A stretch of 64,000 bases of DNA, taken from contig CAWAAF010000010.1 in the NCBI GenBank assembly GCA_963779905.1, positions 343,423-407,422 on the forward strand, written 5' to 3'. Source of the stretch: an uncultured Chloroflexia bacterium. Its GTDB lineage: Bacteria > Chloroflexota > Limnocylindria > Limnocylindrales > CSP1-4. Shown in pieces: positions 49,749 through 60,194 of the stretch. The position numbers and the translations under genes are program-made. Numbering within the stretch: position 1 is the first letter of the stretch; each line of letters opens with the position of its first letter. The notes beneath the pieces were generated by a model. That model saw only the letters and a list, made by a program, of their open reading frames with translations. It had not been told where the DNA came from and ran no database searches.

Positions 49749-50847
49749 ATGGCTCGAACCAGCAGCGCCACCACGGCACGCCCCATCGTGCGTGAATTGG
49801 CCGGCCAGGCCCAGCGCCTGGACGTTGTGTTCGACGCGCGCACTGCGTACGACTTCCTGATCGCGATCGAGGCCCACGGCGAGAAGGAGCACGAGAACGA
49901 CCTGCTCGCCCAGGACGCCGCCTGGCGCGAGCGAGCGAGCGAAAGCCTGTCGCCGGAGGTCAAGGGCCAACATCGACGCCTACTTTGGCGAGCACTCGCT
50001 GGGCCTGCCCTACTCGCTGCCGGCGATGGTCGTTGAGAACCCCGAGGTCACAGACGCGGCGTCGCTGGTGAAGCTGCTGCGCTCGATGCCGTCCGAAAAG
50101 CTGGCCAGCCGCCTGATCGGGGCGATGCTGAGCAAGTACAACGGCGAGGATCTGAGCGGCGACATCGTCGCCGGCGACAGCGACGCGCTCGACACGGCCT
50201 GCGAGCCATGGGACCAGGCGCACCGCGACAAGTTGTCGGCCTTCGTGGCCAACCGCGATGAAGAGCTGGAGCGGATGCTGGGCATCCTCGATGCATGGCT
50301 GCCCCTCTACCAGGAGGTCGAGCCGCGCGTCGCCAAGATGCTGAAGCGAGACGTTACCGCCCGTCAGGCGGTGCGTGCGCAGTACGACGGCAACCTGCCG
50401 GAGTTGATCGAGAAAACAACCGGCGGCCTGCGCTGGTTTCCTGAGGGCGGCGTACGGCGGGTAATCCTGGCCGCGCAGTACTTCGGCCGGCCGTTCAACT
50501 ACATCTTCCAGGGCCCGGATTGGCGCATGTTCGCCTATCCCATTTCGGAGAACGCTCTGGGCGCGGTCGACGCGGTTCTCCCTCCGCAGGCGACCGTCAG
50601 GCTCTATCGGGCGCTGGGCGACACGACGCGGATGCGCATCCTGCGCCTGCTCGGCGAGCGTGATTGGTACCTCACCGAGCTCGCCCAGCAGCTCGAACTA
50701 TCGAAGCCAACCATGAAGCACCACCTGGCGCTGCTGCGCGCCGCCGGGTTGGTCACGGTCACCGAGGAAGGCAGCCTCACCTACTACAGCCTGCGTCGCG
50801 AGCGCGTGCGCGAAGCGGGCGTGGAGCTGTCGCACTACATCGGCTAG
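49749..50847 (+). CDS. transcriptional regulator with about 270-aa N-terminal domain of unknown function and C-terminal ArsR-type HTH; one frameshift near 50000
   Basis: C-terminal 'LYRALGDTTRMRILRLLGERDWYLTELAQQLELSKPTMKHHLALLRAAGLVTV'. The N-terminal segment continues from 49749 in a different frame. Confidence 0.6.
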
Positions 50848-50894
50848 GCGCGAGCCGGCTACCCAGGGCCCAGGCCCAAAGAGAGGAGGACGAA

Positions 50895-51191
50895 GTGATT
50901 GTTGCGAGCCCCCGAGTTAGACGGATCACTTACACGAGTAATACGCCAGAGGACAGCAACTTGTACCCGATGGAACTGATCATCAAAAGGCAGACGGACG
51001 AGCGACTGGCAGAGGCGAAGGACAATCGCCTCTTCCGCGCCTCGCCGGCCGACAACGACGAGCGGCGTCGCCCAAGCTGGGCGGCCCGGGCGCGGAACCG
51101 GCTGGGCGACACGCTCGTATCCGCCGGTGAGACGTTGCGCAGCTCGCCCGACGAGCTGCAAGCGGCTCACTCCCACCGCGCGGCCCACTAG
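50895..51191 (+). CDS. small hypothetical protein (98 aa)
   Basis: Strong SD 'gagaggagg' 6-8 nt upstream of GTG. 'VIVASPRVRRITYTSNTPEDSNLYPMELIIKRQTDERLAEAKDNRLFRASP...'. No family recognised. Confidence 0.4.
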   Translation: MIVASPRVRRITYTSNTPEDSNLYPMELIIKRQTDERLAEAKDNRLFRASPADNDERRRPSWAARARNRLGDTLVSAGETLRSSPDELQAAHSHRAAH

Positions 51192-51275
51192 GCCGCGCGG
51201 TTTCTTTATCGGCGCAACTTGACGGCGGGCTGATCATCCGGGCTGAGGAGTCTCCTCGACCGAGGGGTAGGTACC

Positions 51276-52683
51276 GTGGGCATTGCTCAGCCGGCAATCA
51301 ACGAGCCTGTCGCGGGCGCCACCGTTGGCAGCCCGGCAGCCGCCCTACCGTTCGGGCAGCTACTCAACCTCTCCGTTTATTGGGCCGGGCTCAATGCCGT
51401 CTGGGCGGGGCTCGGCTTCGTCGTCTATCCGGCCCGTTTTGCCGAGATGTACGGGGCCGGCCTGGCACCGAGCTACCAGACGCTCTTCGAGACGATCCCC
51501 GTCCTGCTGGCGGTGGTCGTCCAACCGACGGTCGCCACCATCTCCGACTACACCATCAGCCGCTGGGGCCGGCGCAAGCCGTACATCTTCATCGGCGCCC
51601 TGCTCGACGTGGTGTTCCTGTACGGCTTCGCGTCGTCGAACGTGCCGCTGGTGATGTTCGCTTTCATCATGCTGCTGCAGTTCTCGTCGAACTTCGCGCA
51701 GGGCCCGTTCCAGGGCTATGTGCCCGACCTCGTGCCCAAGCATCAGGTTGGACTGGCCAGCGGAATGATGGGCGTGATGATCGTGATCGGGCAGGTTCTG
51801 GGCGCCGGTATCGCCGCGATTGGCCTGATCGCCGTGAACGGCTCGCCATACCCGCAGGGAACGCCCGAGGCCGGGCTCTTCGCTCAGCAGGCGTTCCTGT
51901 GGCCAACGGTCGGGCTGGCACTGGTCGAGGTCGTCACGATGGTGCCGCTGGTGCTCTTCGTGCGCGAGGGTCGCACTGGGCCGTCGCGCGAGGGTCGGTC
52001 GTGGTTCCAGATCGGTCTCTCGGCGTGGGGCGCGGACATCCTGCGCGAGCGCAGCTACGTCTGGATGCTGGTCTCACGGCTGTTCTTCCTGATGGCGCCG
52101 ACGTTGCCGCTGTCTCTGGGGCTGTACTACCTGCGCCAATCTCTGGGCGCGAGTGACGAGGAAGCCGCGCGCCAGCTATTCGTGATCGCGGCGGTGGTTG
52201 GCGTGACGACCGGTCTGGCCACGTTGCCGGCGGCCAAGCTGTCGGACCGCTTCGGGCGCAAGAACATGATCTATTGGGGCATCTTCCTGGGCCTGATCGG
52301 GACGGTCGTCCTCGGCTTTGCGCCGTCGTTCGATGATCGCGCTGCTGGCGTTGGTGCTCATCGGCCTGGCGTCAGGCTCGTTCCTGGCCGTCGACTGGGC
52401 GCTGATGACGGACATCATTCCCAAGGCGACGACCGGCCGCTACATGGGCATCTCGGCGGTGGCGACAGGTCTGTCCGGACCGCTGGCCCGAGTCTTGACC
52501 CTGCCCCTGCTGTCCGTCTTGATCCTGATCGGGCTACCACCCGGCGCGAATGCGCAGACGGAGGCCGACCAGAGCTCGTTCTATGCCGTCGGGCCGCGCC
52601 TCGTCATCCTGATTGGCGTGGCCTTCTTCATCGTTTCAGCGTGGGCGCTGCGCCACGTGGACCCCACACGGCGCGAGGACTAA
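51276..52683 (+). CDS. MFS transporter, one frameshift near 52320
   Basis: 12-TM pattern. 'ISDYTISRWGRRKPYIFIGALLDVVFLYGF', 'LQFSSNFAQGPFQGYVPDLVP'. The C-terminal 6 TM lie in a second frame. It is a paralogue of the 53182..54579 gene (roughly 60% identical). Confidence 0.8.
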
Positions 52684-53171
52684 CGACCGATAACGACAAT
52701 CCGCGAATAGCCTTCGGCCTGGACGTCGGCGACGGCCTGGCGCATCAGCTCGACCTGGTTGGCAACGACTTCGTCCGACACCACCCGGTCGGGGCGGCGC
52801 GCGTTGTGAGCGTAGAAGGCTTGCTCGGGCAGGTCGAACAGGATCGCCACCACCGGCACGCCGTAGCGGGCGGCCAGCGCGCTCAGCCGGCGCCGGTTCA
52901 TCGGGCGCAGGTTGGTCGCGTCGACCACCGCCGTCAGTCGCCTCTTCAGGCGGCCATTCACCAGCAGCGCCAGGATGCGGAAGGCTTCGGCTGAGGCCGC
53001 CTGATCGTTCGGATCGTCGGCCACCCACGCTCGCAACTCATCCGACGAAACGACCTGATACCGCTCAAAGTGCTCCCGCGCGAAGGTCGTCTTGCCGGCG
53101 CCGGACGGGCCAACCAGCAGTACCAGCGCCGGATTCGGCAGGTTCAGTTCCACCGCCACATGGTGGGCCAT
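52680..53171 (-). CDS. P-loop NTPase/kinase-like protein (AAA_33/zeta-toxin/polynucleotide-kinase-like ATP-binding fold)
   Basis: 'LVLLVGPSGAGKTTFAREHFE...VVSSDELR...TAVVDATNL'. An internal Met start is chosen; the upstream part of the 262-aa ORF overlaps the MFS gene and is rejected. Confidence 0.6.
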   Translation of the reverse strand: MAHHVAVELNLPNPALVLLVGPSGAGKTTFAREHFERYQVVSSDELRAWVADDPNDQAASAEAFRILALLVNGRLKRRLTAVVDATNLRPMNRRRLSALAARYGVPVVAILFDLPEQAFYAHNARRPDRVVSDEVVANQVELMRQAVADVQAEGYSRIVVIGR

Positions 53172-53181
53172 ACTGCGCTCC

Positions 53182-54579
53182 GTGGAAGAGGCGCCGCAGC
53201 TGGATTCGGCCGAACTCCCGCTGATCGGCATTACCGACGAGCCGGTCGTCGTTGCCCGGCCGACGAAGGCTCTGCCTCTCTCCCATCTGCTGACGCTGTC
53301 GCTGTACTGGCTGGGCATCAACGCCATCTGGTCAGGCCTGCACGTCATCATCCTGCCCAAGCGGATGGAGGCGATGTTCGGCCTGGGCGAGGCCGGTCTG
53401 GCCCTGGCCGTGGTGACCATCGCCGGCGTCATCACCGCCGTCATCGTCCAGCCAACGGTGGGCACCATCTCGGACTACACCGTGTCGCGCTGGGGCCGGC
53501 GCAAGCCGTACATCGTCATCGGTGGCCTGCTCGACGTCGTCTTCCTGTGGGCGCTGGCCAACGCCGAGACGTACGTGGCAGTCGTCATCGCCCTTGTGCT
53601 GCTGCAGTTCTCATCGAACTTCGCGCAGGGCCCGTTCCAGGGCTACGTGCCGGACCTCGTGCCGGCACAACAAGTTGGCCGGGCCAGCGGCTTGATGGGC
53701 ATCATGATCATCCTGGGCTCGATGGCCGGCGTCGGCATTGCCGCCATCGGCTACAACCAGCTGTCAGCCGGCGCGTCGGCCGAAGTGGTTCGCCAGACCA
53801 TGTTCTGGCCCACGCTTGCCCTGGGGGTCATCGAGGTCGTGACGCTCGTTTTCGTCGCACTGAAGGTCGATGAAGGCCGCCCCGGACCGACGCGCGCCGG
53901 TCGCTCGTGGACAAAGATCGCCCTTTCGGCGTGGGGCACGGACCTGCTGCGCGAGCGCAGTTACGTGTGGCTGCTCATTTCGCGGCTGCTCTACCTGGCC
54001 ATGCCGGGCGTGATCAGCGGCTACACCCTGTTCGTGCTCGAGCGCTCGTTCCACCTGGATCCGGCTCAGTCGACGCCGTTCCTGCTGGGCATCGGCGCGA
54101 TCGTCGCCATCTCGACGATCATCGCCTCGCTGCCGGCGGCCCGGCTGTCCGACCGCATCGGTCGCAAGCGCGTCATCTACATCTCCTTCGCACTGTCGGC
54201 CGTTGGCATCGTCGGGATGGCGCTCTCGCCCAGTCTGCCCTTGACCCTGCTATCGGTGGTGCCTATCGGGCTGTCGGCGGGCGCCTTCCTGGCGGTCGAC
54301 TGGGCACTCATGACCGACATCATTCCCAAGGCGACAGCCGGCCGCTACATGGGCATTTCCAACGTGGCGACGGCGTCCGCCGGCCCGCTCGGGCTGGCTG
54401 TGGCCGGCGTCGTGCTCTACGTCGTTACGCGCGCCGGTGTGCCAACTCCCGACGGTGGCGACCTCGAAAGCATCTTTCTGGGCGTCGCCCCACGCGCGGC
54501 GATAGGCTCGATGCTGGTCTTCGTGGTCGGCGCGACATGGGCGCTGCGCAAGGTAAACGAGAAACGCCGAGAGGACTAA
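53182..54579 (+). CDS. MFS transporter (paralogue of 51276..52683), intact
   Basis: 'ISDYTVSRWGRRKPYIVIGGLLDVVFLWAL', 'LQFSSNFAQGPFQGYVPDLVPAQQVGRASG'. 465 aa. GTG start assumed. Confidence 0.8.
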   Translation: MEEAPQLDSAELPLIGITDEPVVVARPTKALPLSHLLTLSLYWLGINAIWSGLHVIILPKRMEAMFGLGEAGLALAVVTIAGVITAVIVQPTVGTISDYTVSRWGRRKPYIVIGGLLDVVFLWALANAETYVAVVIALVLLQFSSNFAQGPFQGYVPDLVPAQQVGRASGLMGIMIILGSMAGVGIAAIGYNQLSAGASAEVVRQTMFWPTLALGVIEVVTLVFVALKVDEGRPGPTRAGRSWTKIALSAWGTDLLRERSYVWLLISRLLYLAMPGVISGYTLFVLERSFHLDPAQSTPFLLGIGAIVAISTIIASLPAARLSDRIGRKRVIYISFALSAVGIVGMALSPSLPLTLLSVVPIGLSAGAFLAVDWALMTDIIPKATAGRYMGISNVATASAGPLGLAVAGVVLYVVTRAGVPTPDGGDLESIFLGVAPRAAIGSMLVFVVGATWALRKVNEKRRED

Positions 54580-54620
54580 GGGGATCGTCCTCCCGGCGCG
54601 TCTCTTGAACGGTGTTCGAG

Positions 54621-54812
54621 CTAGCGGCGGTGCGCTCGGGCCCGGCTTGGCTCCCAGTGCCAGCCGCGCCGCGAGGGGATGTCGCGACCGTCATGAGTCT
54701 CGAACCGCTTGGTTTGGCGACTCTGGCGCAAGTCCCGGGCGAAGCGCCCGGCGTCCGCTTGCCGATGAAGGTCGGCGATCACGAACCCGGCCAGTTCCTT
54801 AGTTGCTGTCAT
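54621..54812 (-). CDS. small hypothetical protein (63 aa), translationally coupled to the upstream micro-protein
   Basis: 'MTATKELAGFVIADLHRQADAGRFARDLRQSRQTKRFETHDGRDIPSRRGWHWEP...'. No family recognised. Confidence 0.3.
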   Translation of the reverse strand: MTATKELAGFVIADLHRQADAGRFARDLRQSRQTKRFETHDGRDIPSRRGWHWEPSRARAHRR

Positions 54813-54904
54813 CGTCGTTGCCTCCTTTCGTAATCACGGAGCCCAGCAGGGCGACCTGGGTGACTGCACCAACTACGACGAGGAGGATCACGAGGAATTC
54901 CATC
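54800..54904 (-). CDS. candidate 34-aa hydrophobic micro-protein
   Basis: SD 'aggagag' upstream of ATG. 'MEFLVILLVVVGAVTQVALLGSVITKGGNDDDSN*'. Its stop region overlaps the ATG of the next small ORF. Confidence 0.3.
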
Positions 54905-54996
54905 TCTCTGCTCTCCTTTCTCGTTCGCTTGGCTGTTCCAATGCGCACAAGTTAGGAGTCGGGCAGGCGCTGTCCATCGGCCGACGGTCTTGATTG

Positions 54997-55030
54997 TTGC
55001 GTACGTCAAATGACGCAAGCGCTTAAGCGC
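54997..55030. promoter_or_regulatory. cluster of overlapping palindromes (TTGCGT..ACGCAA; CGTCA-aa-TGACG; 12-bp GCGCTTAAGCGC) in a lower-GC intergenic region
   Basis: Read directly in 'ttgcgtacgtcaaatgacgcaagcgcttaagcgc'. Sits upstream of the micro-protein/63-aa ORF pair and downstream of the decayed receiver fragment. Confidence 0.35.
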
Positions 55031-55099
55031 GTAGCAGTGGCCAAAGGCCGACTGCGAAGGCCAGCTATGTACGAACTTAGTAGCCGCAGGCAGCCAACG

Positions 55100-55420
55100 T
55101 CGCGGCGACGAACTCCTCGGGCGGGACGGACTTGGCACGAAGGCCGTCGCCGTACGAGCGATGCGTGAGTCGCCGGCCTCACCCCAACCCATGATCACGA
55201 TCTGGACGTCGGGCCAGGTGGCGGAGACGCGTTCGACGCAGCGCCTGGCCGTCGGCCAGCTCTGGTAGTCGCGGGTCCACGACCAGGACGCGCGCGCCAT
55301 CTTCAACGAGGCGCATCGCTTCGCTCGCTTCGCCGGCGGTGCCGACGACGTCAATACCAGCCACTCGAAGAGCATCGGCAAGGGCGGACCGGACACGTCG
55401 GTCAAGGTCGATGATTGGCT
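55100..55420 (-). pseudogene. remnant of a response-regulator receiver domain (frameshifted, no output domain)
   Basis: 'IDVVGTAGEASEAMRLVEDGARVLVVDPRLPELADGQAL' and 'PDVQIVIMGWGEAGDSRIARTA' in two frames, immediately downstream of the GAF-PAS histidine kinase. Confidence 0.35.
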
Positions 55421-55526
55421 ACAGGGAACGCGCCGATCTGGCGCGAGGCGTTTCCGGTCTCACACAACCCAATTTACGAAGGGAAGGCGCTCCAGCGCGT
55501 CGTCGCTTTGGACGGTTTTGTCTACG

Positions 55527-57665
55527 TCATTCGGCCGATGACGGCAGTGCTAGGGGCTCGTCCGGCAGTGGCGCGGCGACCGGCACGGTAACCGGTAATT
55601 CGTGTCCCGCGCGCCAGCCCGGCTGTGGACCTCCAGCACGCCGCCCAGGCGCTCGGCGCGCTGGCGCATCGCGATCAGGCCGAGCTTGGTGCCCGACACG
55701 CCAGCTCGGGTCGAAGCCGGCGCCATCGTCCTGCACCGCCAGCTGGATCTGTCCGTTCGAGCTGGTCAGCGAGATGCGCGCCGACTGGGCATTGGCGTGC
55801 TTGACGATGTTGTGCAGCGCTTCCTGGCCGATCCGGTACAGCTCCTGCTCAGCTTCTGCGGGCGAACCGGCGCTCGAAGTCCGACTCGACGGCTGATCGA
55901 CATGCCGGTACGACCGGCGACCGCGGCGGCGTGGTTGCGCAGCGCCTGCGATAGACCATCAGTCTCAAGGCCGCGCGGGCGCAACTCGAAGATCAGCGCA
56001 CGCATCTCGGCCAGGGCGTCGCTCTGCAGCTCGCGCACCTCGGCGAACTTGGCGCGGGCGGCGACCGGGTCGCGGTCGAGCAGCAGCTCGACTGTGCTCA
56101 GCGTCAGGCCCATGCTGAAAAGTGCCTGGGTGACCGAGTCATGCAGTTCGCGGGCGAGGCTGGCCCGCTCTTCGTTGGCGGCCAGCTCGACTGATCGGCG
56201 GCGCAGGTCTTCTTCCAGGCGGCCGCGCTCCGTCACGTCGCGCAGCGAACCGTGGGCGCCGGTGAACTCGCCGTCCTCGACGATGCCGATCATGTTGATC
56301 TCGGCCACGATCGTGCCACCTGCCGCCAACGGCGTGCGTACGCGGAATTGCTGCTCGACGTTGGGGTTTTCGCGGATCTCGCGCCATGCCGTCTCGGCCT
56401 GGCTCATCGAGTCGGGCATGAGCAGTTCCACCCAGTAGCGGCCCAGCACCCGGTTGGGCGTGTAGCCGGTCAGTCGCTCCAGCGCCTCGCCGACGTAGGT
56501 CATGCGACCGTCGGCGTCGACGGCGTAGACGAGGTCGGGCGAGTGGTCGACCAGGTAGCGGTAGCGCCGCTCCGACGCCTCGAGCTCGTCCGTCCGCTCG
56601 CGCAGGGCCGTGTAGAGCTGGGCATTGCGGGCGGCGATCGACGCTTGGCGGGCGAGCTCTTCCATCAGCGTCACGTCGCGCTGGTCGATCGGCCGCGGCT
56701 CGCGGTAGGTGATGGCGAGCGTGCCGAGCACGTCGCCGCCCGGCCCCATCAGCGGCGCAACGATGACCGCGCCAAGCTCGAGCCGGTCTGGCGAGTCGTC
56801 GTCCGGGTCGTGTGGCCAGCGCGCATCCGAGCGGTAGTCGGAAGTCCAGACAGCCTCGCCCTCAAGTGCCGCGAGGCCGTTGATGCCGCCGCCCAGCGGG
56901 AAGCGCTGCGAGCGCAGCCAAGCCCGCAGGGCCGGCTCGGTGTGGCGGGCTGCGACCATCGGCCGCAGGACCGTCCTCTCCTCGTTGATCAGCGTCAGGT
57001 GCGCACCGTCGGAATCCAGCAGGTCGCTGGCCGTGTCGACGACTTCCTGCAGCACTTCGGCCGCGTCAGGCACGTCGACGATGCGGCGCGCGATTTCGTC
57101 GAGCGCGCGGTGGGCGACGAGCGCACGCGTCAGCTCAGCCGCCTGCTCGCGCAGCTGCTGCTCGGACTCGCGCAGGTGCTTCAGCAGGTGGTGGTTGTCG
57201 ATGGCCGCGGCGGCGTGGTCGGCCAAGGCGCGCAAGCAGGGTCAGTTGCTGCTCGTCGAACGCGTGCGGTTCGCTGGAGAAGACGCCCAGTACGCCAAGT
57301 GGCTTCTGGTCGGCGAACATGGGCGCCGCCGCCATCGAGCGCATGTTCGCGGCGTCGACGATGCGGTCGGCCACCGGATGGTGGGCGAACGCCGTGTCGC
57401 TCCGGTAGTCGTCGGTGTGAAGGAGCTGGCCGCGCGCCAGCGCCGAGCCGTACATGCCACGGCCAAGCGGAAGGCGCAGGTCACGCAGCAGCTGGCGCGC
57501 GTCCTGGCTGGCGATGCCTGCGTCGAAGGCGAAGCGCAGCTCGCCGGAGGCCTCGTCGTAGAGGTAGATCATCGCGCCGTCGGACTCGAGCAGACGCGCC
57601 GCCTCGCTGACCGCCTCCTGCAGCAGCTGGGCGTCGTGATCGGCCGTCCGCATGTCCGTCGCCAT
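55527..57665 (-). CDS. cytoplasmic sensor histidine kinase, GAF-GAF-PAS-HisKA_3-HATPase_c (DosS/DevS-like architecture plus PAS), about 4 frameshifts
   Basis: Two GAF-like blocks ('GAMIYLYDEASGELRFAFDAG...LGVLGVF', 'GAHLTLINEERTVLRPMVAAR...GVLGTLAITY'). PAS ('YRYLVDHSPDLVYAVDADGRMTYVGEALERLTGYTPNRVLGRYW'). H-box 'ASLARELHDSVTQALFSM'. 'MQDDGAGFDP' (G1 box) and C-terminal '...PVTVPVAAPLPDEP'. Confidence 0.8.
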
Positions 57666-57680
57666 GTGTGCCGGGTTGGC

Positions 57681-58340
57681 TTAGCGCGGACCCATCATGT
57701 TGTGATCCACCGCCCACAGCGCCGCCTGCGTACGCGACGCCAGGCCGAGCTTGCCCAGGATATTGCTGACGTGCGTGCGTGCCGTGCGCTCGGTGATCGA
57801 CAGCTGGGCGGCAATCTCCTTGTTGGCGGCACCGCTGGCAACCAGCTGCAGAACCTCGATCTCGCGCGGCGTCAACGGCTCGGCGAGCGGCTCGTCCTTG
57901 CGCGCGCGCAGGCGCTGGGCGAGGACACGCGCGACCTGCGGGTCGAGGTGGACCTCACCGGCGCGCGCCGCGCGGATAGCCTGGGCGACTTCTTCGGCAC
58001 CGGCGTCCTTGAGCAGGTAGCCCGAAGCGCCGGCCTCGAGGGCGGCGGTGACCTTGTCTTCCTCGATGAACGACGTGACGGCAACGATGTCGGTCTCAGG
58101 ATGCGCGTCGTGGATGGCGCCGATGGCGGTCAGACCGTCGACGTTGGGCATGAGCAGGTCCATCAGCACCACGTCGGGGTTGAGCGCGTCCGCCTGGGCG
58201 ATGGCAATCGCGCCGTCAGACGCCTCGCCAACGACCTCCATGTCGTCCTGCAACTCGAGGAAGCCGCGCAGCCCACGTCGAACCACCTCGTGGTCGTCGA
58301 CAAGCAGGATCCGGATGCGAGCGGGTGACGCTGTGCTCAC
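57681..58340 (-). CDS. NarL/LuxR family response regulator, intact
   Basis: 'IRILLVDDHEVVRRGLRGFLELQDDMEVVGEASDG...PDVVLMDLLMPNVDG' and 'LTPREIEVLQLVASGAANKEIAAQLSITERTARTHVSNILGKLG'. Confidence 0.9.
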   Translation of the reverse strand: MSTASPARIRILLVDDHEVVRRGLRGFLELQDDMEVVGEASDGAIAIAQADALNPDVVLMDLLMPNVDGLTAIGAIHDAHPETDIVAVTSFIEEDKVTAALEAGASGYLLKDAGAEEVAQAIRAARAGEVHLDPQVARVLAQRLRARKDEPLAEPLTPREIEVLQLVASGAANKEIAAQLSITERTARTHVSNILGKLGLASRTQAALWAVDHNMMGPR

Positions 58341-58370
58341 TGGCCGGGAGCATAACGCTGGGACGGTCGC

Positions 58371-59922
58371 CTAAGCACAGCCGATGATCACGCCCTCGTT
58401 CGGCCTGAGGCTGAGCCGACCCTCGACGGCATCCGAGTCGCGATCGAGATGCGTTGACAGTGCGATCCGCCCAGCCGGGGCGCTCGTCACCAGATCCGAA
58501 CTGCCCAGATTCAAAAAGATCGCCAGCCGCCGGCCGCCTGCTTCGTGCCGCTCGTAGGCCAACAGGTCACCTTCCGCGGTAATCGGCGCCCAATCACCGA
58601 CAGCGAGAGCTGGCTCAGCCCTGCGCAGCGCGAGCAGCCGGCGATGGAGCTCGAGCATCGAGCCAGGGTCGGCGCGCTCCGACTCAACATTGATCGCGGC
58701 AACGTCATCACCCATTGGCAGCCAGGGCTGGCCGCCTCGTGAAGCCGCCGGTGGGCGAACCGTCCCAGCGCATAGGCGTGCGTTCTGGATCGCGGCTCTT
58801 GCCACCGCGCAGGCCTTCTGGGTCGCGCTGAGCTTCAAGCGGAATGTCGCCGTCGCACATGCCCAGCTCGTCGCCGTAATAGAGCGTCGGTGTGCCGCGC
58901 AGTGTGAGCAACAACATTGCGGCGACGCGCGCTTGTTCGGCACCCACACGGGAGGCGATGCGCGACCGATCGTGGTTGCCCAGCACCCAGTTGGGCCAAG
59001 CGCCATCCGGCAGCAGCGCTTCGTAGCGAGCGATGGCGGCGCCGATCCGTCGCGCCGACCAGGGCAGCGTGATCAGCTGGAAGTTGAACGGCAGTTGCAG
59101 GCCGTCCAGCGTCTTGCCGTAGAAGGTCACCAATTGTCTGGGCGGTAGCCAGATCTCACCGATCAGCAGCCGCCCATCGAATTCGTCGGCCACGCGGCGG
59201 ATGGCGGCGACGGGTACGTGAACGCGACGCAGGTCGCCCCAGGCGGGCTTATGTCCGGGACGCGTCGGCAGCAGCTCATAGCGTTTGGCCAGCAACTGGA
59301 TGACATCGATGCGGAAACCATCGATGCCACGCCGGAACCAGAAGCGCAGGACGTCGAGCATCGCCGCCTGCACGGCCGGGTTCCGCCAGTCGAGGTCCGG
59401 CTGCTCCTTCAGGAACGAATGGAAGTAGTACTGGCCGGTCGCTTCGTCCCACTCCCAGGCGCTGCCGCCGAAGTTGGCCTGCCAATCGTTGGGCGGTCCA
59501 CCTCCCGGCAAAGGATCGCGCCAGATATACCAATCGCGCCGCTCGTTGGTTCGGCTCGACCGAGACTCGAGGAACCATGGATGCAGGTTCGATGTGTGGT
59601 TCGGGACGAAGTCGAGCAGGACCTTGATGTCGCGTCGGTGGGCGGCCGCGATCAATGCGTCGAGGTCGGCCAGGTTCCCGAAAATAGGGTCGACGTCCAT
59701 ATAGTCGGCAACGTCGTAGCCGAAGTCGGCCATCGGCGAGCGAAATATCGGCGACAACCAGATGGCGTCGACGCCCAGCCAGGCGAGATAGTCGAGGCGC
59801 TGCGTGATCCCCGGCAGATCACCGATCCCATCGCCGTTGGCATCTTGGAAAGAGCGCGGGTAGACCTGATAGACGACGGCCGGTTGCCACCATGGCCGTG
59901 TTGTCGGTTGGTCGCCTCCCAC
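58371..59922 (-). CDS. GH13 alpha-glucosidase (oligo-1,6-glucosidase/trehalose-6-phosphate-hydrolase-like), one frameshift near 58720
   Basis: 'VVYQVYPRSFQDANGDGIGDLPGITQRLDYLAWLGVDAIWLSPIF', 'LLDFVPNHTS', 'GIDGFRIDVI', 'GEIW', 'VLGNHD'. The C-terminal beta-domain lies in a second frame. Confidence 0.8.
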
Positions 59923-59978
59923 GGGGCGGAACTTAGCGGCTGCTCCTATCGCATGTCGCGGGCGCCGCTACGTCCCTA

Positions 59979-60092
59979 CTTGCGCCGGCTGTTATCGGGC
60001 GACTGATCGCCTGAGCCCCAGCCGAAGAGCTGGGCCAGTACAGCCAGCACACCGACCGATGCCACCACCAGCCACAGTTCCTGTCCCATCAG
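59979..60092 (-). CDS. candidate 37-aa single-TM micro-protein between the GH65 and GH13 genes
   Basis: Strong SD 'aaggaggg' 8 nt upstream of ATG. 'MGQELWLVVASVGVLAVLAQLFGWGSGDQSPDNSRRK*'. Confidence 0.35.
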
Positions 60093-60194
60093 CTGATCCC
60101 CCTCCTTTTTCGGCGTGATCGCCAACTGCACCTTAGGAGGAGTCAGGCCGGTCGCAAATCATCAGGGTGTATTACTGGCCATGGGTCAAATGAC

